Source: Flavobacteriales bacterium
Lineage (GTDB): Bacteria > Bacteroidota > Bacteroidia > Flavobacteriales_D > UBA2798
Assembly: GCA_044360245.1 (NCBI GenBank)
Contig: JBIKKU010000001.1
Coordinates: 1 to 54,425, forward strand
Length of the DNA stretch: 54,425 nucleotides
Direction of reading: 5' to 3'
Shown here: piece by piece, positions 26,201 through 36,039 of the stretch
Position numbering within the stretch: the stretch's first letter is position 1
Layout of the letters: each line of letters begins with the position of its first letter
Notes under the pieces: generated by a model
Told to the model about the DNA's origin: nothing
The model's database searches: none
The model's input: the letters and a program-made list of their open reading frames with translations, nothing else
Translations under genes and position numbers: made by a program

Positions 26201-29200
26201 CATTATACGTTCCGGCAACAGCATACGTATGTGTAGGATTTGCATTGTTGCTATTGTCCGTAAATCCATCTCCAAAATTCCACACATAAGTATCAGGTGC
26301 TCCAAGACTTGTACTGCTAAAGCTTGTCGTCTCTGTGGCACATGCAGATACAAAAGTAAAATCGGCCGTTGGAATTCCGGTAATGGTTATGGTTTGCGAA
26401 AGGGTATCCGAACATCCTGCGCCGCCAAATGAAATTAAGGTCACGGTATAAGTTCCTGTTGCAGCATACACATGTGTCGGGTTTTGCAATGCTGAATTCG
26501 AGCCATCGCCAAAATCCCATTGCCATGCCACAGGAACTCCGGAAGTCAAATCCGAAAATTGTGTGGCTGTTCCCAAACAAAATGAACTAGCGCTAAAATT
26601 CGCTACAGGCACAGCATTCACGGTTACCAATTGCGATTGCGTATGTGTACATCCTGCAGGATTTGTTGTGGTAAGTGTTACCAAATAATTCCCAGCTGCA
26701 GCATAACTGTGTGAAGGATTCTGCAAAGTTGAAACTGGAGAAGCATCACCAAAATTCCATTGCCAATCGGTTACACTTCCGCTTGACTGATCGGTGAATT
26801 GCGTAGGAAAACCAAAACACTCAATCGAAAAATCAAAATCAGAATTCGGAATGGAGTCAATCACAATACTTGCATAAGCGGTATCGCGACAGGAAAAAGG
26901 AGAAGTCACAACAAGTTGCGTTGTAAAAGTTCCTTGCGTTGTATAGGTATGCGAGGGACTAATCGCAGTGGATGTTCCGCCATCTCCAAAATTCCAGGCA
27001 TAAGAAAATCCTCCGGTGGAATTGTTTAAAAATCCGATTGGTGTTGTAGCACAAACTGTGTCGGGCAAGGCTGTGAAATCTGCAATAGGTAAAGGATGAA
27101 CTGTAATGGGTGCAGTAACGGTAGTTGAACAACCATGTACTGTGGTAATTTGCAGTGACACTGTGTAAACACTATCGTTGGATGCTGCAACATACGTCTG
27201 CACAGGTGGTGAAGAAAGAACACTTGTTGCTCCATTGCCCAGATTCCATGCATACACATCACCAACACTTACTGCAGAAGTATTTGCAATGCTTACATCC
27301 AAAGGTGTACATCCCGAATTCGGCGTTAAAGAAAAGGAAGGAACAGGATTAGGAAAGCGATCAACGATTAAGGTATCGCTCGAAGAACATCCGAACTTAG
27401 TTACTTGCAGCACCACTTGTGCGGTTCCCTGACTTGCATACACTACCGGTCCCGGTGTGAAAAGCGTTGAGCTTGCGGGTGCACTACCCGATCCAAAATT
27501 CCATGCGTAGGTTCCTCCTGTGGTGGAATTGTTGGTGAAAGAAACATTTACCGGAACACAACCCGATGAAGGATTTGCAAGAATGTCTGCAATAGGATAA
27601 GGCGAAACCACAACCGTTCGAATCAAAGAATCAATTCCGCAAAATCCGTTTACTATCAGCTTCACCTGAAAGGTTCCCGGTGTGTTGTAAGTGACGGTAT
27701 GCGGACCTTGTGTAGTTGCGGTTTGTCCATTTCCAAAATCCCAGGTCCAGCTTAATTGATCGCCATAAGATGATTCAACAAACACTAACGATTGTCCCAC
27801 ACAAATGGAATCGTCGCTCGCTGTAAATCGCGCATCTACCGCCGGGTGTACAAGAATGGATTCAGCATCGCTTCGTGTACCACAATGATTGGAAACGGTT
27901 AAACTTACCGTGTGTGTTTGTGTTGCATTTCCAACAGGAGCAGTAAACACCTGATCGGGAATGTTGTAAGTGTTGTAAAAATAAACACCATCGATGTACC
28001 ATGCATAACTCACATTGTTTCCCGAACTGAAATTATTGACATCCACCGTTAATGGAGTACAACCTTCTGTTGGTGTTGCAGTAATGTTGGCAACAGGAAT
28101 CGAATCAATCACATAATTGATTACGGTAGTATCGAATCCACAAGCATTTCCGGCAACAAGTGTTACGGTATAAGTTCCTTGTGTTGGATAATTTTGTGCA
28201 GGTGGATTGGTCACATTGGTATAGGTGTTTCCATTCCCCATGATCCATTGGTAATTGTTTGCGGGTTGTGCTCCACTCGAAAGATTAGAAAATGTAACCG
28301 ATTGCGGTGCGCATCCTAAATTCCCCAAACCTGCCAGAGAAGAAGTAAAATTTGAATTTGGTCCACCAACAATGACAATCGGCGAAATGGTTGCTGATGC
28401 ACTGTTGCAACTGTTTGCTGCAGTCAATGAAATGGTATATGTTCCCGCAGTATTGTACACATGCGCAGGTGGCGTAGAAGATGTGGTCGTAACCGGAGGT
28501 GTTCCATCGCCAAAATTCCAGGTATAGGTATTTGCGTTAACCGACAAATTGCTGAGTGTGGTTAAGGGATGAGGAGTACAACCTGAATATTCGGTAATGT
28601 CGAGTGTTAATGAAGCCGACACATATTTTTCAAAAACAACGGTTAACGTTTGTGTGGCTGTACATCCATTGGCATGTGTGGCCGTCATGGTTACGGTGTA
28701 GGTTCCATAACTGGTATACGTATGTGATGAATTCTGTAAAGTGGATGTTTGTCCATCACCAAAATTCCACAAATAACTCACCGCATTTGTAGTAGTGTTG
28801 CTGAACGTTACCGTTTCACTGGTCATCGGATTTCCCGGCAATAAACAATTGTTCAGATCACCATCTCCATCATCTCCTGAAATAGAAACATTGGGAATAT
28901 CTAATACGGTAACCGTAAACGATTGCACATCACTGCAGCCTGCAAAATTGGTAGTAGTAAGGGTTACGTTGTAGGTTCCGCCGGCAGCATATACATGCGA
29001 AGGATTCTGCAAGGTAGAAGTTTGACCATCTCCAAAATTCCATGCATACGTAGTAGCTCCCGATGTTCCTGTAGAAGTATTGGTGAAGGATATGGTTGTT
29101 CCTGCACAAGAGTTATTGTTGTTGAATGAAAAATTTGCATTCGGAATATTGTGCACGGTAACCGTTACAAAAGCAGTATCGCTGCAAGGAACCGAAGCAT

Positions 29201-29525
29201 CTTGCGCAATCAGTCGAAAGGTATATGTCCCTACCGCATTTACACTGGATGTATTTGGCGCAACCAAACCATTGGTGACATCAAACAAAACACCATTGCG
29301 GTACCAGCGGTAAGTCGCGCTTCCGTTGTTGGCACCTGTACTGGTATTGACAAAAGAAATTGTGGTAGGTCCGGGTCCGCAGATATTTACCGTACTTGCC
29401 GAAAATGAAGCAACAACATCGGGACAATTTGCATTTGCTTTACGTACAGGAAAGCATAACAAGAGCAACAATAAAAATTGTACGCAATTGAAGAAGGACC
29501 CTTTTTTAAATGCAATCGAAAACAC
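23211..29525 (-). CDS. giant PKD-repeat surface protein with type B T9SS C-terminal domain (gliding motility-associated CTD)
   Basis: 2104 aa, GTG start, signal peptide ...LLLLLLCFPVRKANA. About 23 modules carry the W-x-[FLM]-G-[DN]-G...NP.H.Y...G.Y.V.L motif. The C-terminus FFAPNAVTPDGNGINDVFFV...VFDRWGEMIFE...WDVTHKGELVKQDVYVWKAEV...GHVTVIRSR matches the CHU_C/type B sorting domain. Confidence 0.93.
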   Translation of the reverse strand: MFSIAFKKGSFFNCVQFLLLLLLCFPVRKANANCPDVVASFSASTVNICGPGPTTISFVNTSTGANNGSATYRWYRNGVLFDVTNGLVAPNTSSVNAVGTYTFRLIAQDASVPCSDTAFVTVTVHNIPNANFSFNNNNSCAGTTISFTNTSTGTSGATTYAWNFGDGQTSTLQNPSHVYAAGGTYNVTLTTTNFAGCSDVQSFTVTVLDIPNVSISGDDGDGDLNNCLLPGNPMTSETVTFSNTTTNAVSYLWNFGDGQTSTLQNSSHTYTSYGTYTVTMTATHANGCTATQTLTVVFEKYVSASLTLDITEYSGCTPHPLTTLSNLSVNANTYTWNFGDGTPPVTTTSSTPPAHVYNTAGTYTISLTAANSCNSASATISPIVIVGGPNSNFTSSLAGLGNLGCAPQSVTFSNLSSGAQPANNYQWIMGNGNTYTNVTNPPAQNYPTQGTYTVTLVAGNACGFDTTVINYVIDSIPVANITATPTEGCTPLTVDVNNFSSGNNVSYAWYIDGVYFYNTYNIPDQVFTAPVGNATQTHTVSLTVSNHCGTRSDAESILVHPAVDARFTASDDSICVGQSLVFVESSYGDQLSWTWDFGNGQTATTQGPHTVTYNTPGTFQVKLIVNGFCGIDSLIRTVVVSPYPIADILANPSSGCVPVNVSFTNNSTTGGTYAWNFGSGSAPASSTLFTPGPVVYASQGTAQVVLQVTKFGCSSSDTLIVDRFPNPVPSFSLTPNSGCTPLDVSIANTSAVSVGDVYAWNLGNGATSVLSSPPVQTYVAASNDSVYTVSLQITTVHGCSTTVTAPITVHPLPIADFTALPDTVCATTPIGFLNNSTGGFSYAWNFGDGGTSTAISPSHTYTTQGTFTTQLVVTSPFSCRDTAYASIVIDSIPNSDFDFSIECFGFPTQFTDQSSGSVTDWQWNFGDASPVSTLQNPSHSYAAAGNYLVTLTTTNPAGCTHTQSQLVTVNAVPVANFSASSFCLGTATQFSDLTSGVPVAWQWDFGDGSNSALQNPTHVYAATGTYTVTLISFGGAGCSDTLSQTITITGIPTADFTFVSACATETTSFSSTSLGAPDTYVWNFGDGFTDNSNNANPTHTYAVAGTYNVILTAGYAASGCTNSITIPVQSFPRTAPAFSSNTPCLGAVTNFIDNTTNSPTQWTWDLGNGASSTLQNPSHVYATPGNYIVQLIAENAFGCVDSISQNITVNPLPIAEFTNTVVCEGFASAFTDQSTAAVQWNWDFGDGSAIATQQNPFHLFPANGIYTVQLIALNPNPTAAWNASTACFSYPTQFTDASINAVQWSWNFDDGSALDVNPSPSHTYPADGTYQVELIVTNVFGCSDTLMQNIVVLPQPDAAFVNTTVCAGQSVQFTDQSLGSPSLWNWNFGDGTPTNATQNPIHAFANGGTFNVTLIAGNASGCLDTVVVPVTVNTVPDAAVTVDTVCLFNITHFSDLTTDASPLVYWYWDFDDGNQSFSQNPTYIYQNPGVYNVSFTVMNMFGCDTTIYFPVVVNDVPVASFTADTVCLGAPTTFTDQSTGFPTAWTWSFGDGTVISNGNAIETHVYANPGSYLVTLIASGNGNNCQDMTFGTVVVSTDAVAGVTLPDTVCEQEVINYADNSIIAVGVIASQTWDMGDGTIYTNGSGTHVYAASGTYIVTHSVTTNGGCTSQVIDTIVVNPIPVAAFSANSACSGLPVQFTDASLSNIVNWDWQFGDGSSDVVQDPQHVFANAGTYNVSLTVTNAFACTASIAQNLDVYGSPLADFTFNTVCWGTATSFYDASVVAPGENIATWSWDFGDGGTSSMEEDQHVFQVYNDTFQVTLIVVTDNGCSDTVTMDVTTLPIVAWDFGPDNANGCAPMAVAFSDNSVSSGTTTIVGWVWNFDDGTMSFSQNPNHMYPNAGQYFVSLQVTTSDGCVYTDTLNYPVTVYPQPEAGFQPSPYATSIYMPDILVTDESIGAQAWEYAFGDGYFDNNQNPEHAYQEPGTYTITQIVTNQFGCQDTLQRNIVILEEATFFAPNAVTPDGNGINDVFFVTGSGIAKIHWMVFDRWGEMIFETEDLNAFWDVTHKGELVKQDVYVWKAEVTFITGIGENYFGHVTVIRSR
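23502..29426 (-). repeat. tandem array of PKD/Ig-like domain coding modules (about 80-90 codons each)
   Basis: Recurrent WNFGDG-type motifs counted by hand along the protein. The modules are diverged at the DNA level and are not near-identical copies. Confidence 0.8.
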
Positions 29526-29587
29526 CTGGCAAGTAGTTCAATACCAAGACGCCCCTAACCTAGTGGAGGTGCCCTGTACGAAACAAT

Positions 29588-30586
29588 TTAGGCAATTTTC
29601 TTCACAAGATCGAGCAATCGTGCAGAATAACCACTTTCATTATCATACCAACCCACAACCTTCACCATTTTCCCGATAACTGAAGTCAATTGTGCATCGA
29701 AAATACAGGAATGGGGATTGCCTACACAATCGATAGAAACAATCGGATCCTCCGTATAATCAAGGATTCCTTTCAATTCGTTTTGTGCTTTTGATTTGAA
29801 AGCAGCATTGATCGCTTCAACGCTAATAGGATTACTTACAATAAAAGTGATATCCGTCAGTGATCCATCCGGAACAGGGACACGAATACCACAACCACCA
29901 ACTTTTCCTTCCAAATCCGGAAATATTTTGGTGATGGCTTTGGCAGCACCTGTGGTTGTTGGAATTATGGAAACCGCTGCTGCACGTGATCGACGCAAAT
30001 CGGCATGCGGGGCATCATGCAAACGCTGATCGCCGGTATAACTATGCACTGTAGAAACATAACAACTTTCGATGCCACACAATTCGTGCACGATTTTAAT
30101 CAATGGCGCAGCACAATTGGTTGTGCAGGATGCATTGCTGATGACACGATCATTAGGATCGTACAAATGCTCATTGATTCCCAAAACCAAGGTCTTCACA
30201 TCATCACTTTTTGCAGGTGCCGAAATGATCACCTTTTTTGCTCCTGCAGTTACATGTTTTTCAGCGCCTTCACGGGTTGTAAAGTGACCGGTTGATTCAA
30301 CAACAACATCAATCTCCAATGCTTTCCATGGCAACTCTTCCGGGTTTTTCGCGGCATAACATTGGATGATGTGCTGATCTATTTTTATTTGTCCCTTTTC
30401 TCCGGAAACTTCTCCCTTGTACTTTCCATGCACTGAATCATACTTAAACAAATGCGCCAAAGTATGTTCATCCGTAAGGTCATTGATGGCAACAACTTCT
30501 ACATTCGGATCCTGCAAGGAATAGCGCATAAACACACGACCAATCCTTCCAAATCCATTAATCGCAACCCTGATTTTTTTTCCCAT
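29588..30586 (-). CDS. gap: type I glyceraldehyde-3-phosphate dehydrogenase
   Basis: MGKKIRVAINGFGRIGR, catalytic SNASCTTNC, and WYDNESGYS. Confidence 0.95.
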   Translation of the reverse strand: MGKKIRVAINGFGRIGRVFMRYSLQDPNVEVVAINDLTDEHTLAHLFKYDSVHGKYKGEVSGEKGQIKIDQHIIQCYAAKNPEELPWKALEIDVVVESTGHFTTREGAEKHVTAGAKKVIISAPAKSDDVKTLVLGINEHLYDPNDRVISNASCTTNCAAPLIKIVHELCGIESCYVSTVHSYTGDQRLHDAPHADLRRSRAAAVSIIPTTTGAAKAITKIFPDLEGKVGGCGIRVPVPDGSLTDITFIVSNPISVEAINAAFKSKAQNELKGILDYTEDPIVSIDCVGNPHSCIFDAQLTSVIGKMVKVVGWYDNESGYSARLLDLVKKIA

Positions 30587-30602
30587 AGTGATGTTGTTTT
30601 TT

Positions 30603-30610
30603 CAAAAGTA
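30603..30610 (-). promoter_or_regulatory. candidate -7 promoter box (TACTTTTG) for gap
   Basis: Perfect TAnnTTTG on the minus strand, 16 nt upstream of ATG 30586. Confidence 0.45.
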
Positions 30611-30620
30611 GAAATATTCA

Positions 30621-30657
30621 AAACAAAAAGCCCCGCAGATTTACTACGGGGCTTTTT
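30621..30657 (-). terminator. rho-independent terminator downstream of the BNR/T9SS gene
   Basis: aaaaagccccg (30625..30635) pairs with cggggcttttt (30647..30657) around an 11-nt loop. On the minus strand the stem is followed by GUUUUG. Confidence 0.65.
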
Positions 30658-30675
30658 GAAAAAATGTTGCTCTAA

Positions 30676-33492
30676 TTATTTTGCAATGACCATACGGCCT
30701 TGGTGCTTGTAATTACCGGCACTTACATGAATGATGTATGTACCATTGGAAAGGTCGCCTGCATTGATGCTCACATTTTGAACACCTGCGTTACGGTTAC
30801 CAAGTGCAATGGTTTTTACCATTTGTCCGTTGAGTGCAAATACATTCACGGTAACATCGCTGTTCTCTTTTGTTTCGAAGCTAATGGTACCATTATCAAC
30901 CATTGGATTAGGGAATACACGAACCGGCAAAACCACATTGGTGTTGTCACGTGAAACCTCATCGCGAACAGAAAGAAGATCTTCTGAACGCCAGATACCA
31001 CGGCCATGAGTACCGATGTAAACCTCACCCGGACGGTTGGTTCCTTCACTCCAGCTGCGCCATTGCTGACGAACTGCATAAACAGGAACTAAACCGGGAC
31101 CGTTTGTTTGGTTTTGATAAGTCCATACAGTAGATGAACCATTAATGTTATCCGTCACATAAACACCGGACTCTGTACCAATAATCACCTGGTCAGGATT
31201 GTTTACGTTGATTACTGCATCATACACAGGAATACTTGGCAAAGAAGATCCATGGATTGAATTAAAGGTTGTGGTGGTGACAGTAGTTGCAGCAGTAACC
31301 GATTCAAGAACGCGACCTGAAGAGTATCCGGTAAGGGTAATCACAACGTGATCCGGATCGTTGGCATCAATGGCAATTCCACCAATTGGAGAGCTTCCGT
31401 TGTAAATTTGCGTTGTAGTTAACACCGTAGATGGATCATCTGATGAGGTGTACATATACATGTTATTGAAACCGGAAACACGGTAAACTTTTCCATCCCA
31501 GGTACCAATAAAGAGGTGATCTCCATCTGCAGAGAACTCCAATGCACTTGCATCTTTACCTGAAAGCACGGGATACCAATTTGGAGTGGTATTGAAGCGC
31601 ATGGCTTCACGTGTTACCAACACTTCATTGGTAGATGTACTGTTGTTGTAAATAGAAACAGCGTACAACGTTTGAATAGGATCTACAACACGAATGGTAT
31701 CATCTTCCAACAAAGGAGCAGTAAGAATGACATACAATTCCTTTTGCAAAGTTTGTGAATTGTAAAACAAGGTGTCACCTGCAAGATAATCTTGGTTGGC
31801 AATAACATTAAATGAATCAGTTGAGTTTAAATCATTTGCATTTTCATACAAACGACCACAAGTTCTGAATTGGAAAGGGAATCCGTCGCCGGGAGCAAGA
31901 CCCATTCCGTCGAAGCTTGCACCACCATCATCGGAACGCTCAACATCACCATAATAAACTGATGCAAAAATCACATCGTCGTCAATATGAGAGATATCGC
32001 AATCGAATCCGTCACCACCACGTACACTTTCGAATGAACGAAGCGATACGCCTTCATGGCGATTGATGGTTGTACCATTATCTTGTGAACCGCCCATTAC
32101 ATCACCATCTGCAGAATATCCGATACCGTAATATTGGGTTACATTATACCCTTTGTTAGCAGCAAAGAAGTTCTGACCTTTATCAGGTGATTTTCCGATA
32201 CCACCATCATTACCGATGAAGAGGATATCGTTTTCATCCCATACCATTTCGTGGTTATCTGCATGCACATAAACAGGAGAAATAGGAGAAGCAAACCAAA
32301 GTGAGCGTTGTTCCCACTGACCAAAGGCAGGGTTAATATTGGCAGCTCTTGTCCAGGCATAAACATCGATTCCACCCAAAAGGAACTGATTAGGATTGCC
32401 CGGAATACCCGATGCAATATTATTATAAACACCTTGTCCGTTTGCAGAGATGTAAGGATCAAATTGGCTTCCGCCAGGAGCGATTTCAGTCCAGGTTTGA
32501 CCATTATCCTCAGAGATGTAAACTCCTTTAAGTGTTCCACCGCTACCTTGAACGATGGAGGCAAAAACATTCCACTGGTTGTTGTCATTCTTTTCGTGAG
32601 AAATGGCATACACAATACGTGAAGCACCACTTCTTGGAATTTGAGTTGCACCGCTACCTGATACATCAGCGAATGAAGCACCTGCATCGGTTGAAACCCA
32701 AGTATTGATAATGCTTCCGGAAATACCGGCAACAATAAATTGACCATCTTTTGAAACTTGAAGATCGTGACATTTACTTGCAGGTGTTCCCGGCGCTGTA
32801 GTAAAGGTAGAACCGTCAAACGATTTCAAACCTGAACTGGTTGCACACCAAATTTTTCCTGCAACGTTTGGATCTGCTTTCAATTCTGCGAAATCGGTAT
32901 TGGAGGTACCGGCCACATTTACCCAAGTAGTTCCATAGTCATCGGAATAGTAAAGACCATTTCCGGTAAAACCTTCGTTGAAATAGTTGCCATTATCGAA
33001 ACCTGTACCTACATAGATACGACCGTTTCCATCCTGACAAATAGAGGCAATTGCCAAGTTTTCTTCGAAAGAATCGATTCTTGCCCAAGTGTTACCAAAG
33101 GTGCTTGAATAAAACAAACCACCTGAAACACTTCCGGCCCAAACATGGTTGGTTCCGCGATCATCGATTAAGATGGCGCGTGTACGACCCCCGATGTTAT
33201 CCGGACCTTCTTCAATCCAAGCAAGATTGGAAGCACGGTTCATTGAACCCTCAGCAATCATTTGCTTGATTTGTTCACGCGTTTGTCGGATCAATGCAGG
33301 GTTGTATACCCCGTTTTCATCCAGGCGTTCAGCTTTGTAAAGCGCTAAAGCATCATCCACTGTAGGAGCGTCCATCTGCGCGGAACGCGAAACAAAAGCC
33401 GCGTCACGATTGCCAAGCATGGAAGCTGCAGAATACATTCCTGCAATCACTCCAATGCTCAACGTGCTGTAGAGTAAAATTTTTTTGTTCAT
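30676..33492 (-). CDS. BNR/Asp-box (sortilin/VPS10-like) beta-propeller protein with type A T9SS C-terminal sorting domain
   Basis: Signal peptide. Asp-box repeats SDDYGTTW, STDAGASF, SEDNGQTW, SPDKGQNF and SDDGGASF. C-terminal VRVFPNPMVDNGTISFE...GTYIIHVSAGNYKHQGRMVIAK is typical of the Por secretion C-terminal sorting domain. Confidence 0.85.
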   Translation of the reverse strand: MNKKILLYSTLSIGVIAGMYSAASMLGNRDAAFVSRSAQMDAPTVDDALALYKAERLDENGVYNPALIRQTREQIKQMIAEGSMNRASNLAWIEEGPDNIGGRTRAILIDDRGTNHVWAGSVSGGLFYSSTFGNTWARIDSFEENLAIASICQDGNGRIYVGTGFDNGNYFNEGFTGNGLYYSDDYGTTWVNVAGTSNTDFAELKADPNVAGKIWCATSSGLKSFDGSTFTTAPGTPASKCHDLQVSKDGQFIVAGISGSIINTWVSTDAGASFADVSGSGATQIPRSGASRIVYAISHEKNDNNQWNVFASIVQGSGGTLKGVYISEDNGQTWTEIAPGGSQFDPYISANGQGVYNNIASGIPGNPNQFLLGGIDVYAWTRAANINPAFGQWEQRSLWFASPISPVYVHADNHEMVWDENDILFIGNDGGIGKSPDKGQNFFAANKGYNVTQYYGIGYSADGDVMGGSQDNGTTINRHEGVSLRSFESVRGGDGFDCDISHIDDDVIFASVYYGDVERSDDGGASFDGMGLAPGDGFPFQFRTCGRLYENANDLNSTDSFNVIANQDYLAGDTLFYNSQTLQKELYVILTAPLLEDDTIRVVDPIQTLYAVSIYNNSTSTNEVLVTREAMRFNTTPNWYPVLSGKDASALEFSADGDHLFIGTWDGKVYRVSGFNNMYMYTSSDDPSTVLTTTQIYNGSSPIGGIAIDANDPDHVVITLTGYSSGRVLESVTAATTVTTTTFNSIHGSSLPSIPVYDAVINVNNPDQVIIGTESGVYVTDNINGSSTVWTYQNQTNGPGLVPVYAVRQQWRSWSEGTNRPGEVYIGTHGRGIWRSEDLLSVRDEVSRDNTNVVLPVRVFPNPMVDNGTISFETKENSDVTVNVFALNGQMVKTIALGNRNAGVQNVSINAGDLSNGTYIIHVSAGNYKHQGRMVIAK

Positions 33493-33635
33493 AGAGCAAC
33501 AACTTTGAGAGGTCGTTATTTTTTAAGGAACACAAATAAAGGAAATGTTAACCTTTAAATCAAGGAATAAATAGGCAAAGGCAGTAAAATGACAAGGAAA
33601 GTAAATTCTGTGTAAAGCCGATCGAGAGAAAAATC

Positions 33636-34502
33636 CTAAAACAGGTGTTTTTCAGCGTGATAGGAAGAACGAACCAAGGGCCCACTTTCCACATATCTAA
33701 ACCCTTTGCTGAGGGCAATTTCTTTGTACTGCTCAAAACGTTCGGGGGTTACAAATTCTGCCACCGGCAAATGCTTTGGAGAAGGTTGCAAATACTGACC
33801 CATCGTGAGAATATCCACTCCAACGGAAGCCAAATCTTCGATGGTTTCCAGGATTTCTTCATGTGACTCACCCAATCCGAGCATGATACCCGATTTGGTA
33901 CGCATACCGCCTTGTTTGAGACGCAGGAGCACTTCAAGACTGCGGTCGTATTTGGCCTGAATCCGCACCTCCTTTGTAAGACGGCGCACTGTTTCTAAGT
34001 TATGTGAAACAACCTCAGGAGCAACATCTATAATACGTTGCAGGTTCTCCCATTTTCCTGCAAAATCAGGAATAAGCGTTTCCATAGTGGTTTCGGGCGA
34101 TTTACGACGAATGGCCTTAACCGTTTTCTCCCAAATTTCGGAACCTCCGTCAGGCAAGTCATCGCGATCTACTGAAGTAATGACACAATGTTTCACCTTC
34201 ATCAGGAAAACACTTTGTGCTACACGGGCAGGTTCAAATTCATCAACAGCTAAAGGGCGACCTGTAGACACATTGCAAAAACCGCAAGAGCGCGTGCAAA
34301 TATTTCCCAAAATCATGAAGGTCGCAGTGCCTTCACCCCAACATTCACCCATGTTCGGACAATTGCCGCTTTCACAAATCGTATGAAGCTTGTGTTCGGA
34401 AACCAGTTCACGAACCTTTTTATAATTTTCTCCGGTTGGAAGTTTTACGCGCAACCACTTGGGTTTGGGTGTACGCTGCATCAGTTGTTCTTCGGCACTC
34501 AT
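33636..34502 (-). CDS. lipA: lipoyl synthase
   Basis: [12 protein letters not shown] auxiliary cluster motif and radical-SAM [10 protein letters not shown]. Confidence 0.95.
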   Translation of the reverse strand: MSAEEQLMQRTPKPKWLRVKLPTGENYKKVRELVSEHKLHTICESGNCPNMGECWGEGTATFMILGNICTRSCGFCNVSTGRPLAVDEFEPARVAQSVFLMKVKHCVITSVDRDDLPDGGSEIWEKTVKAIRRKSPETTMETLIPDFAGKWENLQRIIDVAPEVVSHNLETVRRLTKEVRIQAKYDRSLEVLLRLKQGGMRTKSGIMLGLGESHEEILETIEDLASVGVDILTMGQYLQPSPKHLPVAEFVTPERFEQYKEIALSKGFRYVESGPLVRSSYHAEKHLF

Positions 34503-34507
34503 CGTTC

Positions 34508-35257
34508 TCAGTAATATTTGCCCCCAAATATAAAGTTCAAATAAGGAGTGAGGAAATAAGGTTTATTGACATCTCCTGCCATGATTTGAATTTCTTTCGG
34601 ATAATAATCCAAAGAAACGCCCACCTCCAGGGCGCGTATGCGATCATCTTCGGGATGAATTTCAAAATGCATTCCGAATTTAGCCTGTGCGCCAATGTGA
34701 ATTTTCATTTCATCCATTCCAAGCGACCACCTCGACCTCCCATAGATATTGTCCACATTGTGTTTCGAAGGGTCGTATTTTTCATCAACAACGGGAAGCA
34801 AAGGATCGTTCGGCTTAATGATGGCCAGATAAACCGGCTTCGCAAAAGCAATGGACGGGCCAATTCCCCAGTTGAAACCTACCTCCACACCTTGCGTGCG
34901 GAGCTTTTTAAATAAAATTTTTCTTCCGCCATAAAAGGGACGAGCAACCAAAACGGCATTCATTTTTCCGAAATAGTAGCCCTTTCCGTCATCGTAAACA
35001 GGATTGTAAACCTTCACTTCTTTATCGTGACGCATATTGACCAAATCCAGCCCGAAGGAGGTCTTGTATAAATCCGTTGTATTTCTTCCGTAACGAAAAT
35101 GAATACCAACCCCATTGGTATGCCAAATGAAACCACCGGCCGCTTCCGAACGGTAATAGGTTCCCACCTCTTCTTCTGCAGGTTTTTGTGCTGAGCCTTC
35201 AACACTGCAAATGAAAAGAAACGCAAGGGCAATAAAGGCTTTGTGTATCTTAGCCAT
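34508..35257 (-). CDS. hypothetical outer-membrane beta-barrel-like protein, upstream of lipA in the same operon
   Basis: Signal peptide [24 protein letters not shown], alternating beta-strand-like pattern, and a C-terminal ...FIFGGKYY. Its stop is 5 nt before the lipA start. Confidence 0.7.
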   Translation of the reverse strand: MAKIHKAFIALAFLFICSVEGSAQKPAEEEVGTYYRSEAAGGFIWHTNGVGIHFRYGRNTTDLYKTSFGLDLVNMRHDKEVKVYNPVYDDGKGYYFGKMNAVLVARPFYGGRKILFKKLRTQGVEVGFNWGIGPSIAFAKPVYLAIIKPNDPLLPVVDEKYDPSKHNVDNIYGRSRWSLGMDEMKIHIGAQAKFGMHFEIHPEDDRIRALEVGVSLDYYPKEIQIMAGDVNKPYFLTPYLNFIFGGKYY

Positions 35258-35262
35258 TCCAA

Positions 35263-35270
35263 CAAACTTA
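35263..35270 (-). promoter_or_regulatory. candidate -7 promoter box (TAAGTTTG) for the OMP-lipA operon
   Basis: Perfect TAnnTTTG on the minus strand, ending 5 nt before ATG 35257. Confidence 0.4.
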
Positions 35271-35301
35271 CAATAAATAACGCTTAAGACCGGAAAATGT
35301 T

Positions 35302-35709
35302 ATGGAAATTTCAGTGATCAAGTTTAAGGGCGAATTGAGGACAGAAGCGGAACACCTCGCCTCAGGAAAAACCATTATTACCGATGCGCCAACCGACAAT
35401 CACGGGAAAGGGGAAGCATTTTCACCAACCGACCTGATGTCCACTTCTTTGGGTGCATGCGCCGTCACCATCATGGGAATTGCTGCCAACAATCACGGAT
35501 TTCCTTTAGGCGATGTTGAAATACGCATTGGCAAATACATGGCCTCCAATCCCAGAAGGGTAGAAAAAATCACGGTACAGTTTCATATACCCAATTTGGA
35601 TTATGATGAAAAGCAAAAGAAAATTCTTGAAACTGCAGCTTTAAATTGTCCTGTTTCCAAAAGCCTTCATCCTGATCTTATTCAGGAATTCAGTTTTGTT
35701 TACCACTGA
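35302..35709 (+). CDS. OsmC/Ohr-family peroxiredoxin-like protein
   Basis: 135 aa with the two conserved Cys contexts (SLGACAVT and ALNCPVSKSL) of the OsmC family. Confidence 0.85.
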   Translation: MEISVIKFKGELRTEAEHLASGKTIITDAPTDNHGKGEAFSPTDLMSTSLGACAVTIMGIAANNHGFPLGDVEIRIGKYMASNPRRVEKITVQFHIPNLDYDEKQKKILETAALNCPVSKSLHPDLIQEFSFVYH

Positions 35710-36035
35710 ATACGGTCGGGTGCAATTTCGAAATGCGACCAATGTCCGATGCATTTTCCTTGCTTGAAAACCAATAGCTGAGGCGATTCGTGACGCACAT
35801 CGGAAAGGTTGGCAATCTGATTCGACAAGGAACGATTGGCCAATAAATCGAGATACAAAACCGGTACTTCGGGGAAAAATTGCTCCCATTTGCGCTCCAT
35901 TCGATCGAGTGCGGCGGAACTGATGGAACAACGGGTAGAATGCTTGAATACAGCAAAAACAAAAGCCGGATCGTTTTTTCCCTGATCCAGCTTTTGCAAA
36001 AAATCTTGTTCGGATGTTAAAACGATCCAATTCAC
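35700..36035 (-). CDS. YtxJ-like monothiol thioredoxin-fold protein (DUF2847, bacillithiol system-associated)
   Basis: 111 aa, GTG start. FKHSTRCSISS resembles the single-Cys T-C-P-I-S type motif of YtxJ. The 3' end overlaps the OsmC 3' end by 10 nt (convergent). Confidence 0.75.
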   Translation of the reverse strand: MNWIVLTSEQDFLQKLDQGKNDPAFVFAVFKHSTRCSISSAALDRMERKWEQFFPEVPVLYLDLLANRSLSNQIANLSDVRHESPQLLVFKQGKCIGHWSHFEIAPDRIQW

Positions 36036-36039
36036 GCTA

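Noticed and set aside
23502-29426. Regular periodicity of about 250-270 nt that could be mistaken for a repeat array, CRISPR-like structure or mobile repeats.
   Set aside because: The periodicity is protein-level PKD domain repetition inside one intact 6.3-kb ORF. The copies are diverged at the DNA level, and there are no short identical direct repeats with unique spacers.
32139-32819. A 226-aa ORF on the same strand but in a different frame inside the BNR/T9SS gene. Similar embedded or antisense ORFs occur at 40959..41525, 53277..53789, 7962..8432, 34436..34915 and 23397..23918.
   Set aside because: All are nested within longer ORFs that carry family motifs. None has its own promoter box or conserved-looking sequence.
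33493-33635. A 143-nt intergenic region upstream of the BNR gene, plus the gaps at 5905..6031 and 36193..36291, inspected for riboswitches or small RNAs.
   Set aside because: I found no conserved riboswitch cores, stable extended hairpins or perfect promoter boxes. Only the rpsT terminator is evident, at 5982..6009.
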